NCBI GenBank assembly: GCA_010093815.1
Contig: ML996574.1
Length of the DNA stretch: 64,000 bases
Direction: 5' to 3' (one strand)
From: Pseudovirgaria hyperparasitica
Taxonomy: Eukaryota
Shown here: one piece after another, positions 61,492 to 64,000 of the stretch
Layout: every line of letters starts with the position of its first letter
Position numbering within the stretch: the stretch's first letter is position 1
Notes under the pieces: generated by a model
Told to the model about the DNA's origin: nothing
The model's input: the letters and a program-made list of their open reading frames with translations, nothing else
The model's database searches: none
Position numbers and translations under genes: made by a program

Positions 61492-64000
61492 CTACATGCC
61501 CCTGCCATATCTCTGGCCGCCCACCGTGCCGCCCGAATCCCACCCCAGGTACGAATCGAACATGCCATCCTCGCTATCGAAGCTCAGCCCATCAAACCCT
61601 CTAGAAACCCTCTCTACCAAGCTTTCACCTTCCTCGCCGTCCGTGCCCTCCTCCTGCACGCCTTCGGACGTGTGTATGGGTCCAAGCAGCGGCGCTGGCT
61701 GGTTTGGAAACGGCGCAAAGAGATAGTTCTCGCCAATCAGCCTAGTTTGCGACTGGCTCATGCGCTGGCGCTTTTGGTGGTAGAGGCCAGTCGAGGGCAT
61801 GGAGAAATGTGGCGCGCCGGGGCGTTTCGACGACGTGCTAGATATGTCGACGGTGGAGGGCGGCGAGGTTGAGTCGTGAGAGGTGGGCGTGCAGCGGGTT
61901 CCTGGCTCGCCTGTGGGTGCAGTTCTGTCGGGCTCGGGAACGAGCGCCTCGACGGCGCGTTGTGGGTCGGCTGTGAAGTCGAAGTGGCTCATTTGTGTAT
62001 CATTTCTGTACAGTGCATTCTCGGCCTCGATGGGAAGGACGATATTCCATTTCTGCACGAGACCCCGAATGATGTTGAGAGAGCCGACGGCCCACTCGTT
62101 ACGGGTAACAAGATCTTGGAACGAGTTGCAAGCGGCAGTAAGGTATGTTGAGGAAGCAATTGCTGGTATATTGATAATGTGTATGGTGCATGCAGTGAGC
62201 AGGCAATGCACTTGAAATGTGTACAGTCCACTGAGACCGTACATGCGCCGGTGCTGTGCAAAAATATCTGATATGTAGTTTGCCGAGCGACGACAGACAT
62301 CTCGTGGAGACAAATTTGATTCGGTAAAGGTTGCTTTCAGGAACGGGCGAAATAATAGGAGCACTGCGGCGTGATAGTACATGCTGTGAGAAAGTCAATA
62401 ATGAGGAGTCGATGACGTCTCTTCGAATAGTAACTTACTGCAAGCATAATACATGAGGCGGTGCGTCGTCAATAGAAGAGATGATATCAGGGAGGCGCCG
62501 AGACCAATTCACGTATTTCGTGTATTCATCCAAGAGAAGACTCCCACTCAGGACTCGGGTTGGTGCAAAAAACATGCAGAGTGTTGAGTTGACTATTTTG
62601 GAAAGAGCAGCACACTGATTGAACGTTGTGGATCTTGCGCCAGGTTTGTCAGGTCCAGGTGTATCGTAGGCATTCCAGGGTTGCTTGTCCAGATCATCGT
62701 CGACTGGTGGTAGTTCTATAGTCACAGCACTGGTAGGGATCTGTGGGACTCGGCCAAGGGTGAAACTTGTTACCCTTTTGGCATGTCAGCTCAAGGTCGC
62801 GTGTGCGGGCCTGGTCTCACTTACTGGTCGGAGATGAAGCAACCCCAGAAGGCGTGGCGCCTGGCGAATTCTTGTCGTTGAGTCTCGTCGTCCATTTCAT
62901 TCTCCCTCACTTCTATGCGAAGATGCAAGTTCAAGTCAAGTGCCATACGTGAGCTTTTACCGCTATACATCCACAGGGAGCTTAGGCGGCCCCTGTTCCC
63001 TTCGACATGACAGAGGAGAAATAGCGCTGCAGTAGTCGGTATGCTAGAAGCACAGTTATCTGAGTTCAGTAATCGTACTGCCTCTTCATAGAAATCGAGA
63101 CCCGCAGATCTAGCATCCTCAGGATCTCGTCTAGCTCTTGTTCTTGACGACAACAGACATCCTGCTGCACATATCGCATTCACAAGCGTCGATGAACAAA
63201 ACTTTGTCTCACCAGAGGCCATGTCACGGCGAAATAGGTTTTCTGGGAAGCTCTGGAAGAACGAGTGCTGCCATGCGAAGTAGACATCCAGAAGATGGTT
63301 GACATATTCCAAGTCGTCTGTGACAGTGGTCCATCTGGCACTTTGGCCAAGAGGTGTCTGCGCCTGCGGAGCTGCGCTCTCCTGGTAGGCAGCGCCTTTG
63401 ACCAGTCCAAACGTGCTGGCACGAGCAGAATAGTCTGCCTCCAATCCAGGTGTCACATTGTCACCACGTTGCGGACGCAACGGATGGAGTAGGTTTTTAT
63501 GCGCTATATCTCCCAATATCACCGGTACATCTTCCTTCCTTCGTAAGCGTCGTTGGATTTCTTCGAGCTCAGTCGAGTTTGCATGCGTGATGGTCTTGAC
63601 GAACAGTTCAAGTTGCTCCAGTCTCGATACTTGTCGCGGTCTTTCCTGCGCAGAACTTGCTATAGATGGATATATCAGCAGCTGACAGGAGTATAAGCCC
63701 TTAATGACGCACCTTCGGAATGTGAGACCGACTCTGCAGGCGATGCTTGAGCGGCGGCCGTGCGTGCGGCATGGGTCTCACGCGCAATTGCATTGGCATC
63801 TCCGCCAGGTGATCGTAGTCGGCGTAGAGTGTGAGAAAGCTGTTCTTCGGGTGCGGACTGTAGGGTGACGATGAGAGACTCGAGCACGTTTTTCTCCTCG
63901 GTGACAGATTCGAGGCTTTCGCGAAGGAAGGTAAGTCTTCGAACAGTCAGCACATCTGCGCTCTACCACGCTCTCACTCACCCTTACTTCCGCTGGTTGT
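61492..64000 (-). CDS. Fungal-specific transcription factor (Fungal_trans/MHR domain, NirA-like); N-terminus (presumed Zn2Cys6) lies beyond the window end
   Basis: WTTVTDD..VNHLLDVYFAWQH, FCSSTLVNAICA, SSRMALDLNLH, RRHAFWGCF, SFTLGR.P, PPHVLCL/MYYH..LLLFRPFL; several GT-AG introns. Confidence 0.88.

Overview
Eukaryotic, intron-rich genomic DNA from a filamentous ascomycete (Pezizomycotina; Dothideomycete-like by inference). Introns are mostly 45-70 nt GT..CTRAC..YAG. Most of the window is densely packed housekeeping genes: DED1 (partial), IES1, a DHA2 MFS efflux pump, cyclophilin B, mitoribosomal uS13 (SWS2), Esc2/Rad60, an ArfGAP-UBA protein, HSP30, an AVT3/4-type transporter, a VHC1/SLC12 cotransporter, NXT1, RPL38, a Cys-rich membrane protein, SOD-fold mitoribosomal mS42/mS43, a C2 protein, a PNPOx-like protein, an F-BAR/DEP RhoGAP, GGTase-I beta, RRP9, PRE1 and a partial fungal transcription factor. 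Manual splicing revealed four small multi-exon genes that the ORF track misses or shows only in fragments: LSM6, SDH6/SDHAF1, a 5-exon 89-aa membrane microprotein, and a 203-aa orphan. It also revealed a hidden alternative last exon that turns soluble HKEL-ending cyclophilin B into a membrane-anchored isoform. An ~11 kb gene-poor stretch (21.7-32.9 kb) holds a DXO/Rai1-like PD-(D/E)XK nuclease candidate preceded by a degenerate ~167-bp repeat, plus the orphan and possible gene relics. A probably catalytically degenerate NYN-LOTUS gene lies just upstream of that stretch. No tRNA, rRNA, CRISPR array or intact transposon was recognised. Family assignments come from motif recognition by eye, not database searches.
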